The position numbers and the translations under genes were made by a program. A stretch of 59,455 nt of DNA from an uncultured Chitinophaga sp. GTDB taxonomy: Bacteria; Bacteroidota; Bacteroidia; UKL13-3. Below are positions 35,380 through 44,902 of the stretch, piece by piece; position 1 is the stretch's first letter, and the number at the start of each line of letters is the position of its first letter. The notes below the pieces were generated by a model. That model was not told the DNA's origin. It ran no database searches and saw only the letters and a program-made list of their open reading frames with translations. Where the stretch lies: NCBI GenBank assembly GCA_964443415.1, contig CAYUDC010000005.1:1-59455 (forward strand). Reading direction: 5' to 3'.

Positions 35380-36657
35380 TTGAGGTATTTTTGGAAATTA
35401 ATACCATTTACCTTGATACACTATACAGAATTTACGCTTTCAAATGGTTTAGAGGTAATTCACCATCAAGACACCTCTACTCAACTTTGTGCTTTAAACA
35501 TTTTATACAAAGTTGGATCAAGAAATGAAAACCCTGAGCATACTGGTTTTGCACATTTATTTGAACACCTTATGTTTGGTGGCTCTATAAATATTGAAGA
35601 TTTTGATGGTGAGTTACAAAAAGCTGGAGGAGAAAGCAATGCCTTTACAAGCAATGATATCACCAATTACTACGTAACACTGCCAGCCAACAATATTGAA
35701 ACCGGATTTTGGCTAGAAAGCGACAGAATGCTTCAGCTAAACTTCAGTCAAAAGAGCTTAGATGTACAAAAAGGAGTGGTTATCGAAGAGTTTAAAGAGC
35801 GCTACCTTAATCAACCTTATGGAGATTTGTGGCTTCATATTTTACCACTTGCATATAAGTCTCATCCTTATCATTGGCCAACTATTGGCAAAAGCATCGA
35901 ACATATAGAGAAAACTTCTTTAGAGGATGTTCAGGCTTTTTTTAACAACTTTTATGCGCCTAATAATGCCACCTTGGTAGTGGCAGGAAATATTAGTTTA
36001 GAAGAAACAAAGCGACTTTGTGAAAAGTGGTTTGAACCTATTCCAAGCAAAACAAGCATTATTCCTAAATACCCTGTTGAGCCAAAACAAACCCAACCAA
36101 GAATGTTGGAAGTAGAGGCAGACGTACCGATTGACCTAATTCTTAAAGGTTACAAAATGGGTGGCAGATTAGACCCAGATTATTTTTGCTCTGATTTATT
36201 ATCCGATATATTAGGATCTGGACGCTCAGCTAGGCTGTATAATGTATTGGTAAAAGAACAAGCTATTTTTAGTGAAATAGATGCCTATATCTCTGGAGAT
36301 GTAGACCCCGGTTTATTTTTAATTGAAGGAAAGCTTCAAAAAGGAATAAGTTTTGAGCAGGCAGAAAACGCCATCCAAACTGAACTTAACAAGCTAATTG
36401 TCAACAATATAAGTGCTGAAGAGTTAACTAAAGTTATCAATAAGACAGAAACCAATATTCTATTTGGTGATGTAAATATATTAAATAGGGCCATGAAGCT
36501 TGCATTTGCTAAGTTTATGGGAGACATCGAATTGGTTAATACAGAAATCATTTCTTATCAGTCGGTAACAGTAGATCAAATACGTATGACTGCAAGAAAC
36601 ATGTTTAGAGAAGAAAATTGTTCTACTATCTATTATAAATCAAAGACCAATGCTTAA
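35380..36657 (+). CDS. M16 (pitrilysin-family) zinc peptidase, active subunit
   Basis: Inverted zinc motif HLFEHLMF (HxxEH). The start is non-ATG: TTG at 35380 or TTG at 35413. A TATTTTTG -7-like box at 35386-35393 favours the later start. Confidence 0.8.
   Translation: MRYFWKLIPFTLIHYTEFTLSNGLEVIHHQDTSTQLCALNILYKVGSRNENPEHTGFAHLFEHLMFGGSINIEDFDGELQKAGGESNAFTSNDITNYYVTLPANNIETGFWLESDRMLQLNFSQKSLDVQKGVVIEEFKERYLNQPYGDLWLHILPLAYKSHPYHWPTIGKSIEHIEKTSLEDVQAFFNNFYAPNNATLVVAGNISLEETKRLCEKWFEPIPSKTSIIPKYPVEPKQTQPRMLEVEADVPIDLILKGYKMGGRLDPDYFCSDLLSDILGSGRSARLYNVLVKEQAIFSEIDAYISGDVDPGLFLIEGKLQKGISFEQAENAIQTELNKLIVNNISAEELTKVINKTETNILFGDVNILNRAMKLAFAKFMGDIELVNTEIISYQSVTVDQIRMTARNMFREENCSTIYYKSKTNA
36029..36038 (+). 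repeat. Core copy GGTTTGAACC
   Basis: Read directly from the sequence. Inside the M16 peptidase gene (WFEP). Confidence 0.85.
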
Positions 36658-37924
36658 CAGAAAAACGGCTCCATCATTTAGTAAAATTGATTCATTACAA
36701 TTTCCTAATTACAATGAGTATAAGCTTACAAATGACTTAAAAGTATATAGTTTAGTGGCTGGTGTAGAACCGGTTATTAAGATAGACATGGTTTTTAATG
36801 CCAGTCACTATACACAAGAAAAAAGAGGTGTTGCTGGTTTCTTGGCAAGTATGTTAAGCGAAGGAACAAAAACAAAAACGGCCATAGAACTTGCAGATAA
36901 ACTAGATTATTATGGGTCGTATTTTCAGGTGAGAAGTGGTCCAGAAGATTTAGTTGTTAGTTTATTCTGCTTGGAAAAGCATTTAAATAATTGCCTACCC
37001 TATTTTTTTGAAGCAATCTGCGACTCCATATTTCCAGAAAAAGAGCTGGAAATACTAAAGAAGAATGCGGTACAGAAATTAAAGGTTTCTAATAAGAAAA
37101 ACAGCTATTTGTGTAGGAAGGCTTTCTATCAAAACTTGTTAGGATCAAACCACCCCATTGCTGCCTTTAGTGAAGCAAATGAAATTTTGGACATTCATAA
37201 ATCAGACCTTATAAATGAACACAAAAACCATGTACTCAATGGTTATAAATACCTAATTATCTCTGGGTGTTATTCAGAGAATAGCTTAAATGTTTTAACA
37301 AACCATCTTTTAAATTCAGGATTGAGACAAACCGATTTCAATTATCCAGATATAAAAAACGAAACTAAAACAGGCATACATTTTATAGATAGAAACGATA
37401 CTGTTCAGTCTAGCATCAGAATTGGTTGCGAGACCATTAAAAGAGACCATGTAGACTTTAGAAAACTCCAGTTTTTAAACTTAATACTAGGCGGATACTT
37501 TGGCTCAAGATTAATGAAGAATATTCGTGAGGATAAGGGCTTAACCTATGGAATTTATTCGAGTTTGGAGCCCTATCAAAAAGTTGGAATATGGTACATA
37601 GACTGTGAACTAAACTACAAAAACAGGCAAAGCGGCATTGAGGAAATATTTAAAGAAATAAAAAACATTCAAACAACACCAGTGCGTGATGAAGAACTAG
37701 AAACTGCCAAAAATTATTATGTAGGATCATTTCTTAAATCATTGGACGGCCCATTCTCAATAGCAAATAGATTAAAGGTAATGATTGATAATGATTTAGA
37801 TATAAATTACTATCCGGAATTTATTCATATCATAAAAGATATTACTGCAACTGAAATACAATCTATAGCTCAGGAATATCTAGTTGAAAATAAACTAATT
37901 CAAGTAATCGTTGGCAAAGAGTGA
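36650..37924 (+). CDS. M16-family peptidase, probably the non-catalytic partner subunit
   Basis: 424 aa with an M16-like fold pattern but no HxxEH motif. The start overlaps the upstream M16 gene by 8 nt (ATGCTTAA). Confidence 0.7.
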   Translation: MLNRKTAPSFSKIDSLQFPNYNEYKLTNDLKVYSLVAGVEPVIKIDMVFNASHYTQEKRGVAGFLASMLSEGTKTKTAIELADKLDYYGSYFQVRSGPEDLVVSLFCLEKHLNNCLPYFFEAICDSIFPEKELEILKKNAVQKLKVSNKKNSYLCRKAFYQNLLGSNHPIAAFSEANEILDIHKSDLINEHKNHVLNGYKYLIISGCYSENSLNVLTNHLLNSGLRQTDFNYPDIKNETKTGIHFIDRNDTVQSSIRIGCETIKRDHVDFRKLQFLNLILGGYFGSRLMKNIREDKGLTYGIYSSLEPYQKVGIWYIDCELNYKNRQSGIEEIFKEIKNIQTTPVRDEELETAKNYYVGSFLKSLDGPFSIANRLKVMIDNDLDINYYPEFIHIIKDITATEIQSIAQEYLVENKLIQVIVGKE

Positions 37925-39636
37925 AGAATATACTAATTATATTAACTCTGCTCCTATGGCACTCTACATCAATTGGCCAAGGGCTTCGATTAACAAGGGT
38001 CTGTAATAATGGAGTGAATAATGCAATTACCTGGAGACAAATTTCAGACAGCTGCATATTAAGCGGAACTGTAAATATTTGGGCAAAGGAAAATGTGTCA
38101 GCTAGTTTCTACAAAATCGACTCAAATATTGCTATAAATACAATACCATATATTCATATAAATGCCAACAATCCTGCCATCAAAGATTGGCATTATCAAA
38201 TAGAATACGAAACAAAATGCTCTACAGACACATTTCAAATATTCACCAATTCACTTCGGGTAGATGATGAAAAACCAGATTCTACCATATTAGATTCTGT
38301 AAGTGTTGACCCAATAAACAATGTAGTTTTTCTTGGTTGGCAATCCAACAAAACAAACGATTTCTCTGCATATTATTTATACAATATTGACCGTGTTGAC
38401 CCAAGATTACAAGAAAACTACCGCGATACATTCTATATAGATAACACACCAATTAACCCCAAATCAAAGTCGCTTCAATATGACATAACATCAGCAGATA
38501 GTTGCGACAATAGAAGAGATTATGGCAAATACTTTCACAAAACAATATGGCTTTCTGCAAGCGTAGATACTTGCCAAAATAAAGTTAATTTAACTTGGAC
38601 GCCATATGTAGGTTGGCAAACCAAAACACATTATATATTTAAAAGTACCAATGGAAATTCATTTAAAATGATAGATTCTATACCAGGAAATATATTAAGC
38701 TACACAGATAAAAATGTTCAAAACAACGAAAGAATAATTTACTTTATCAGGGCACATTCCGCAAACTCAAGCTCCAGCTCTAATTCAACAAACGAAATAA
38801 AAACTGGCCTATCAAAGTCACCGAGTAATACCAAAATTGAATTTGTTACAGCCAACGACGACGAGAAAATTACCATCAAAATTTCTGAAGAGGTGGGAGT
38901 AAATTATCGTTACTATATTTTAGAAAGAGGAATATCTGTAGACAAGTTTGATTCAATATTATTTGCTTCAAATATAACAATGCCGATTATAGATGAAACA
39001 TCAAGTGATACAAGAAGGTGGTATTATCGAGTAATATCCAAAAATGTTTGCAATGAATACTCTGATACAAGTTCAATTTCATCTAACATTGTATTACAAA
39101 AAGTTGAGGATCTAGATCAAATTCAAATGTATTGGAACAACTATTTCACGTGGAACAATCCAATTGAAAAGTATACAATATACAGAGCATCAGGAGATAA
39201 CGTGTCAAATGCGAAAAGTTTCATGGAAATAGATGACGCCAATGATACACTGTTTCTAGACGTCACAGAACAAGTATTATCTGTTAATTGTTATTATGTA
39301 ATAGCATCAGAAACTGGAACAGAAGCAGAGTCAAAAAGCAATACCATATGTTATGTTCAAACAGGCGAGATTTACTACCCAAATGCAATTGTGCTAAATG
39401 GAATAAACAACACCTTCACATTTATTGGTAAGTCAATAGAGCTTGATAAAAGTAAGCTTCAGGTATTTGACAGGTGGGGAAATCAAATAGCCTATAAAGA
39501 CGGTCTAAGCAATGGATGGGATGGGACAACATTTGACAATAAAACAGTTAGTCAGGGAGTTTACTTTTTCTTGGCAGAAATAAAAAGAAATAACGAGTAT
39601 ATCACAATCAAAGGAACCATAAATGTCATCAACTAA
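37921..39636 (+). CDS. Secreted repeat protein with a T9SS type-B (gliding-motility-associated, CHU_C-like) C-terminal sorting domain
   Basis: The GTG start overlaps the upstream stop (GTGA). Signal peptide KNILIILTLLLWHSTSIGQ. C-terminal YYPNAIVLNGINNTFTFIGK...VFDRWGNQIAY...GWDGT...VSQGVYFFLAEI matches the type-B T9SS sorting domain. Confidence 0.75.
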   Translation: MKNILIILTLLLWHSTSIGQGLRLTRVCNNGVNNAITWRQISDSCILSGTVNIWAKENVSASFYKIDSNIAINTIPYIHINANNPAIKDWHYQIEYETKCSTDTFQIFTNSLRVDDEKPDSTILDSVSVDPINNVVFLGWQSNKTNDFSAYYLYNIDRVDPRLQENYRDTFYIDNTPINPKSKSLQYDITSADSCDNRRDYGKYFHKTIWLSASVDTCQNKVNLTWTPYVGWQTKTHYIFKSTNGNSFKMIDSIPGNILSYTDKNVQNNERIIYFIRAHSANSSSSSNSTNEIKTGLSKSPSNTKIEFVTANDDEKITIKISEEVGVNYRYYILERGISVDKFDSILFASNITMPIIDETSSDTRRWYYRVISKNVCNEYSDTSSISSNIVLQKVEDLDQIQMYWNNYFTWNNPIEKYTIYRASGDNVSNAKSFMEIDDANDTLFLDVTEQVLSVNCYYVIASETGTEAESKSNTICYVQTGEIYYPNAIVLNGINNTFTFIGKSIELDKSKLQVFDRWGNQIAYKDGLSNGWDGTTFDNKTVSQGVYFFLAEIKRNNEYITIKGTINVIN

Positions 39637-40069
39637 AATACGCTTTAATGAGATTGGAGTAAAAACAAAACTACCAAAAATTCAACTTAGGAAGTGGGTA
39701 CTTAGTATAGCAAAACAAAACAAAATAGAACTAGGAGACATAAACTATATCTTTTGTAAAGATGACTATCTCATTAAGATTAACTATGAATACTTAAAAC
39801 ATGATAACTATACTGATATTATCACATTTGACTTAAGCGAACCGGGAGATAAGGAGAGAAGTGCAGATATATATATAAGTATTGAAAGGGTTATAGATAA
39901 CGCCCATAAACACAACACCAGCGCTGAAGAAGAAATTTTACGTGTAATCATTCATGGAATTTTACATCTTTGTGGGTTCAAGGATAAAGAGAAAAAGGAA
40001 AAACAAGAAATGCGTGAGAAAGAAAACATGGCAATAAATGAATATTTTGCCATGTTCCACGTGAAATAG
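39623..40069 (+). CDS. ybeY: rRNA maturation endoribonuclease YbeY
   Basis: 148 aa. Zinc motif IIHGILHLCGFKD. Overlaps the upstream gene by 14 nt. Confidence 0.9.
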   Translation: MSSTKIRFNEIGVKTKLPKIQLRKWVLSIAKQNKIELGDINYIFCKDDYLIKINYEYLKHDNYTDIITFDLSEPGDKERSADIYISIERVIDNAHKHNTSAEEEILRVIIHGILHLCGFKDKEKKEKQEMREKENMAINEYFAMFHVK

Positions 40070-40077
40070 TATTAAAT

Positions 40078-41940
40078 ATGTTTCAAAAATACGATGTTAT
40101 TGTAGTGGGTGCCGGCCATGCCGGATGTGAGGCAGCCGCGGCCTCAGCGAATCTTGGTTGTCAAACATTATTGATAACCATGGATATGACAAAAATTGCT
40201 CAAATGAGCTGTAACCCAGCCATGGGTGGGATTGCAAAGGGACAAATAGTAAGGGAAATAGATGCATTGGGCGGATATTCTGGTATTGTGAGTGACAAAT
40301 CAACCATACAATTCAGAATGTTAAATCGCTCTAAAGGGCCAGCCATGTTTAGCCCAAGGTCACAGAATGATAGAAGCCTATTTACTCTATACTGGCGAGA
40401 GTTGCTAGAGCAAACAAAGAATGTTGATTTTTGGCAAGATATGGTCTCTGAAATTATCATAGAGAACAACAAAGCAACTGGAGTAAAAACTAGCATGGGT
40501 CAAACGATTAAGGCCCATACAGTGATAATAACCAATGGAACATTCTTAAATGGTATCATACATATAGGTGAGAAACAATTTGGCGGGGGAAGGATTGGAG
40601 AAAAATCTGCAAAAGGAATTACTGAACAATTAGTTTCATTAGGGTTTGAAGCTGGTCGTATGAAAACGGGCACCCCTCCACGAATTGATGGGAGAAGCTT
40701 GGATTATTCAAAAATGGAAGTACAGGAAGGCGATATAAATCCAGAAAAGTTTTCTTACCTAAACAACACAAGAAGTCTTACCAAACAGTTAAACTGTTGG
40801 ATTACCTATACAAACAATTCGGTTCATGAAATCTTAAAAGAAGGTTTTGAAAAATCGCCCATGTACACAGGCAGGATCCAAGGACTCGGGCCAAGATACT
40901 GCCCTTCTATTGAAGATAAGATTAATCGTTTCGCAGAAAGAGAAAGGCATCAAATATTTGTAGAACCTGAGGGTTGGAATACGGTAGAAATATACGTTAA
41001 TGGATTTTCAACTTCATTGCCAGATGAAATACAAAATAAAGCTATTAAACTCATTCCTGGATTTGAAAAGGCTAAAATGTTTAGACCAGGATATGCTATT
41101 GAATACGATTACTTTCCTCCTACCCAATTGAAGCTAACGCTCGAGTCTAAACAAATTGATAATCTGTTTTTTGCGGGGCAGATAAATGGAACAACTGGTT
41201 ATGAAGAAGCTGCCTGTCAGGGCTTAATGGCAGGAATAAACGCTGCCCAAAAGGTAAAAGAGGCAGAGGAATTCATATTAACAAGGTCGGAAGCCTATAT
41301 TGGGGTACTTATCGATGATTTAGTAAATAAAGGCACAGATGAACCTTACAGAATGTTTACCTCACGGGCTGAATATCGATTAATGCTCAGACAAGATAAC
41401 GCAGATATAAGATTAACCAAAAAGTCATTTGACATTGGCTTAGCAGACATAAATAGACTAGAGGCAGTGGAAAGAAAAGAAAAAGAGACCAATGAGATTA
41501 TTCAATACTTTAAAAGAACTTCTGTTACTCCAGAACAAGTAAATCCAGTTCTAATCAAAAAAGAATCAAATCCAGTTCCACAGAATTACAAACTTTATCA
41601 AATATTAAGCAGACCTCAAATAGAGATAAATGATTTACTTCCTATTCTATCGGATCAAGCCGAAATTGTAAATTATTCAACAGAGAGTATTTTACAGGCA
41701 GAAGTGCTAATGAAATATGAAGGATATTTAGAAAAAGAAAAATTGCTAGTAGAAAAAATGAACAGGCTTGAAAACATAAAGATTAACAATGATTTTAATT
41801 ATCAAGAAGTAAAATCATTGTCATTGGAAGCAAGAGAGAAACTAATTAAACTTCAGCCTAAAACATTGGGTCAAGCAGCTAGAATAAGCGGCATATCACC
41901 AAGTGATGTTTCGATACTAATGGTACATTTAGGCAGATAA
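40078..41940 (+). CDS. mnmG: tRNA uridine 5-carboxymethylaminomethyl modification enzyme MnmG (GidA)
   Basis: 620 aa. YDVIVVGAGHAGCEAA, NPAMGGIAKG, GPRYCPSIEDK and FFAGQINGTTGYEEAA. Confidence 0.97.
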   Translation: MFQKYDVIVVGAGHAGCEAAAASANLGCQTLLITMDMTKIAQMSCNPAMGGIAKGQIVREIDALGGYSGIVSDKSTIQFRMLNRSKGPAMFSPRSQNDRSLFTLYWRELLEQTKNVDFWQDMVSEIIIENNKATGVKTSMGQTIKAHTVIITNGTFLNGIIHIGEKQFGGGRIGEKSAKGITEQLVSLGFEAGRMKTGTPPRIDGRSLDYSKMEVQEGDINPEKFSYLNNTRSLTKQLNCWITYTNNSVHEILKEGFEKSPMYTGRIQGLGPRYCPSIEDKINRFAERERHQIFVEPEGWNTVEIYVNGFSTSLPDEIQNKAIKLIPGFEKAKMFRPGYAIEYDYFPPTQLKLTLESKQIDNLFFAGQINGTTGYEEAACQGLMAGINAAQKVKEAEEFILTRSEAYIGVLIDDLVNKGTDEPYRMFTSRAEYRLMLRQDNADIRLTKKSFDIGLADINRLEAVERKEKETNEIIQYFKRTSVTPEQVNPVLIKKESNPVPQNYKLYQILSRPQIEINDLLPILSDQAEIVNYSTESILQAEVLMKYEGYLEKEKLLVEKMNRLENIKINNDFNYQEVKSLSLEAREKLIKLQPKTLGQAARISGISPSDVSILMVHLGR

Positions 41941-41955
41941 TTCTTAATTTGCAGC

Positions 41956-42849
41956 GTGGAAAATTTAATTAATTGTCCTGTTTGTTTAGCACAGGAATCT
42001 AAAATAGTAGTAAGCTGCATAGACTATGTTGCTACTGGTGAAACCTTCAGTATAGAAGAATGTAAAGTTTGCGGACTAAGATATACTAACCCTAGACCAA
42101 CTGAGATCGAGATTGGGAAATATTATCAATCTAACAAATATATTTCTCATGCAGGCTCTGAGAAAAAGAATCTTGGATTCATGTATAAAGTTTACGACTT
42201 AGTTAGAAACTATAGTATTACTAGTAAACTCAATATAATTAAACGTTACAACCAAAATGGAACGCTCCTTGACTTAGGCTGTGGAATGGGATATTTTGCA
42301 GAGGGAGTGAAAAGAGATAATACTTTTAACTTGCTTGCAGCTGATGTATCTGAAGAAGCGATAAAGTACGTTAAAGAAAAGTTTTCAATAGAGGTATTAA
42401 ACGAAAGTCATTTAGATCAAATAGAATCGGATTCTTTATCAGTAATTACACAATGGCATGTTATTGAGCACGTCCATAAACTTGATGAGAGAATGAATTT
42501 CTTAAAAAGAGTACTTAACAAGAACGGAACCATGTTTATTGCAGTACCAATTTATGAATCATATGATGCATCTTACTATAAATCCTTTTGGGATGGGTAT
42601 GATGTGCCTAGACATTTACTTCACTTCTCTATTAATTCAATGAATCAACTAATGAGTAGAAATGGGTTTAAAGTAGTGGAACAGATACCTTTTAAATTTG
42701 ACGCTCCTTATATTTCTATGAGAAGTGAAATTCATCAAGGAAACAAATTATCAATGTTAAAAGGCGCAATCATTGGCAGTATTTCAAACATGAAGGCCAT
42801 GTTCACTAAGAAATACTCTACCATTTTATTTGTAGTAAAACATGCTTAA
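41956..42849 (+). CDS. Class I SAM-dependent methyltransferase with an N-terminal zinc ribbon
   Basis: GTG start. CPVC...CKVC zinc ribbon. Motif I LLDLGCGMGYF. Confidence 0.7.
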   Translation: MENLINCPVCLAQESKIVVSCIDYVATGETFSIEECKVCGLRYTNPRPTEIEIGKYYQSNKYISHAGSEKKNLGFMYKVYDLVRNYSITSKLNIIKRYNQNGTLLDLGCGMGYFAEGVKRDNTFNLLAADVSEEAIKYVKEKFSIEVLNESHLDQIESDSLSVITQWHVIEHVHKLDERMNFLKRVLNKNGTMFIAVPIYESYDASYYKSFWDGYDVPRHLLHFSINSMNQLMSRNGFKVVEQIPFKFDAPYISMRSEIHQGNKLSMLKGAIIGSISNMKAMFTKKYSTILFVVKHA

Positions 42850-42861
42850 AATAGAATTTGA

Positions 42862-44460
42862 ATGATTAAATACTTGTGTGTTTTAGCTTGCTTCATTATA
42901 ACTTCTTGCGCCCAACAGATACCTCCTACTGGAGGTGATAAAGACGAAATTCCACCAAAGGTTATTGGAACTAAACCCATTAATCAAACAAGTAATTTTA
43001 AAGAAAAGAAGATCACAATAGAGTTTGATGAATTCATCCAAATTAAAGAAAATAAGAATATCATTATTTCGCCAAAGCCCAATACAAAGACTCAGATAAT
43101 ATCAGATGGTAAAAAGCTAATATTTGAATTTAAGGAGAAAGACCTTGATACAAACTCAACCTACACCATATCACTGATAAATGCGATTGCAGATATTCAC
43201 GAAGGAAAGTTACTCAATGAATACCAATATGTATTTTCTACCGGTAACTTCATAGATACAGCTCAAATAAATGGAGAGGTAATAAACTCTTTAAGCAACC
43301 AAACAGAGAAGGATTATACAGTTGTTCTTAGTAAGTATAAAAACAATAAGGATTCTAATTACTATAAAAAGAATATTTCATACATCACTAAAACAAATGA
43401 AGCAGGTAAATTCTCGTTTAAGAATATACCTATTGATTCTTTTGAAGTATTTGCATTTAACGATAAGAACAATAACAATACATTAGACAAGAATGAGGAG
43501 AATGGATTTGCCAGCAATGTAGTAATCTCTAATATAGAAAAAGCTATTAAGATAGTCAGCTTTAAACAAGATGATCATGAAATGGATAAGTTACTAGATA
43601 CAATAAAAATTAATCCATTTATTCATCAATTTGTTGTTTTTAATTACACCAATTTTAAAATAAACAAACCAAGTAGAGAAAGCTTCTATTTAAGGCCAAT
43701 AAAGTCTGCAAGTAATTATGATACTATAACAGTGTTTAATTTGGCAACAAAAGACACCATTGGCGCTTCTAGCTATCTTATAAAAACAAACAATAATAAA
43801 TTAGATAGTATTAGAATAATAGGCAAAAAAAGTAGAGATAAAAGATTTGATAGAATAGAGATTCAAATTACACCTATCACTAAACCTGACGATAGTATTT
43901 ATATTCATACTAATTTACCCATTAAACTAATCAATAAAGAAAGACTTACATTAAAGCAGGATACCATCTATATTGACACTATTAATCTCATTAGAAAAGA
44001 TGATTTTACTATGATTGTTACTAATAGATTGGAACCTAATAAAACATATAACTTAGAAATAAGAGACTCATCAATACAAAGTATTTATAATCAATATAAT
44101 ACGAATAAAAAGCAAATCATTATTCCAGCCAAAAAAGAAGATTTCGGCGGCATTCAAATTAAGAATATTGAAATGAATGATTCAAATATATTAATACAAA
44201 TAGTTGACAGTAAAGATTTTAGTAAAGTAATATATAATAATTATTTAGACAAGAAACAGTATAATATAGAAAACCTTACACCTGGCACTTACAAAATTAG
44301 ATTCGTAAAAGATTCAAATAAAAATGGATACTGGGACAACGGTGATATTCTAAAGCAAAAACAACCAGAACTTATTTGTTACTTAAAAGATGAGATTAAC
44401 ATTAAAGCTTACTGGGACATTGAAATAGTTATTAAAAAAGATGATATTATATTTAATTGA
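42862..44460 (+). CDS. Lipoprotein with an N-terminal Ig-like (SbsA_Ig-type) domain, very AT-rich (hypothetical)
   Basis: Lipobox LACFIITSCAQQ, then IPPTGGDKDEIPPKV, typical of Bacteroidota Ig-like lipoproteins. Asn/Lys/Ile-rich composition. Confidence 0.6.
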   Translation: MIKYLCVLACFIITSCAQQIPPTGGDKDEIPPKVIGTKPINQTSNFKEKKITIEFDEFIQIKENKNIIISPKPNTKTQIISDGKKLIFEFKEKDLDTNSTYTISLINAIADIHEGKLLNEYQYVFSTGNFIDTAQINGEVINSLSNQTEKDYTVVLSKYKNNKDSNYYKKNISYITKTNEAGKFSFKNIPIDSFEVFAFNDKNNNNTLDKNEENGFASNVVISNIEKAIKIVSFKQDDHEMDKLLDTIKINPFIHQFVVFNYTNFKINKPSRESFYLRPIKSASNYDTITVFNLATKDTIGASSYLIKTNNNKLDSIRIIGKKSRDKRFDRIEIQITPITKPDDSIYIHTNLPIKLINKERLTLKQDTIYIDTINLIRKDDFTMIVTNRLEPNKTYNLEIRDSSIQSIYNQYNTNKKQIIIPAKKEDFGGIQIKNIEMNDSNILIQIVDSKDFSKVIYNNYLDKKQYNIENLTPGTYKIRFVKDSNKNGYWDNGDILKQKQPELICYLKDEINIKAYWDIEIVIKKDDIIFN

Positions 44461-44876
44461 TATTCAATAATTTGAATAAAAATAATATTGCGACATTTTC
44501 CACTATTGGTAAATATTTATGTGCATAACCAACCAAATCATCCACAATAAAAATATAGATAAAAAGAAGTGTTAATTAGTGTTTATGATATATGGATAAG
44601 ATGCCATGATTTCAACAAATAAGGAATGCGACATTTTTCCCCGAAAGAATGTAAACAGCATATAAAATAATTAACAATAAAACGTTAAGCACTGAATAAT
44701 AGAAATATACCAAGTTTGTAAAATGTGAATTAAATCTAATAAGTACAAAGCCAAATGGAGGGCATTTTATTTTTCAACCAAATTAACATCTCTATTAAAT
44801 ACTATTAATTATATAAGTTTATACCTAATCAATACTTGTGTTGGTTGAAAAAATTGCAAGAGCTTAAATGGTTTAA

Positions 44877-44884
44877 TACCTTTG
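44877..44884 (+). promoter_or_regulatory. -7 promoter box (TACCTTTG) for pheS
   Basis: Exact TAnnTTTG match 18 nt upstream of the ATG at 44903. Confidence 0.45.
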
Positions 44885-44902
44885 AAGAAACAAAATCGCT
44901 GA

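Noticed and set aside
44461-44902. I considered a tRNA, tmRNA, RNase P RNA, SRP RNA or small-protein gene in the large AT-rich gap. I also considered a dif site, because attgcgacattttccactattggtaaat looks superficially like E. coli dif.
   Set aside because: There are no GC-rich stems, no T-loop/acceptor features, and no conserved RNase P or SRP blocks. The longest ORFs are under 20 codons. The dif comparison gives only about 13/28 identities and the two arms are not palindromic. The region is kept only as an unexplained spacer (see findings).
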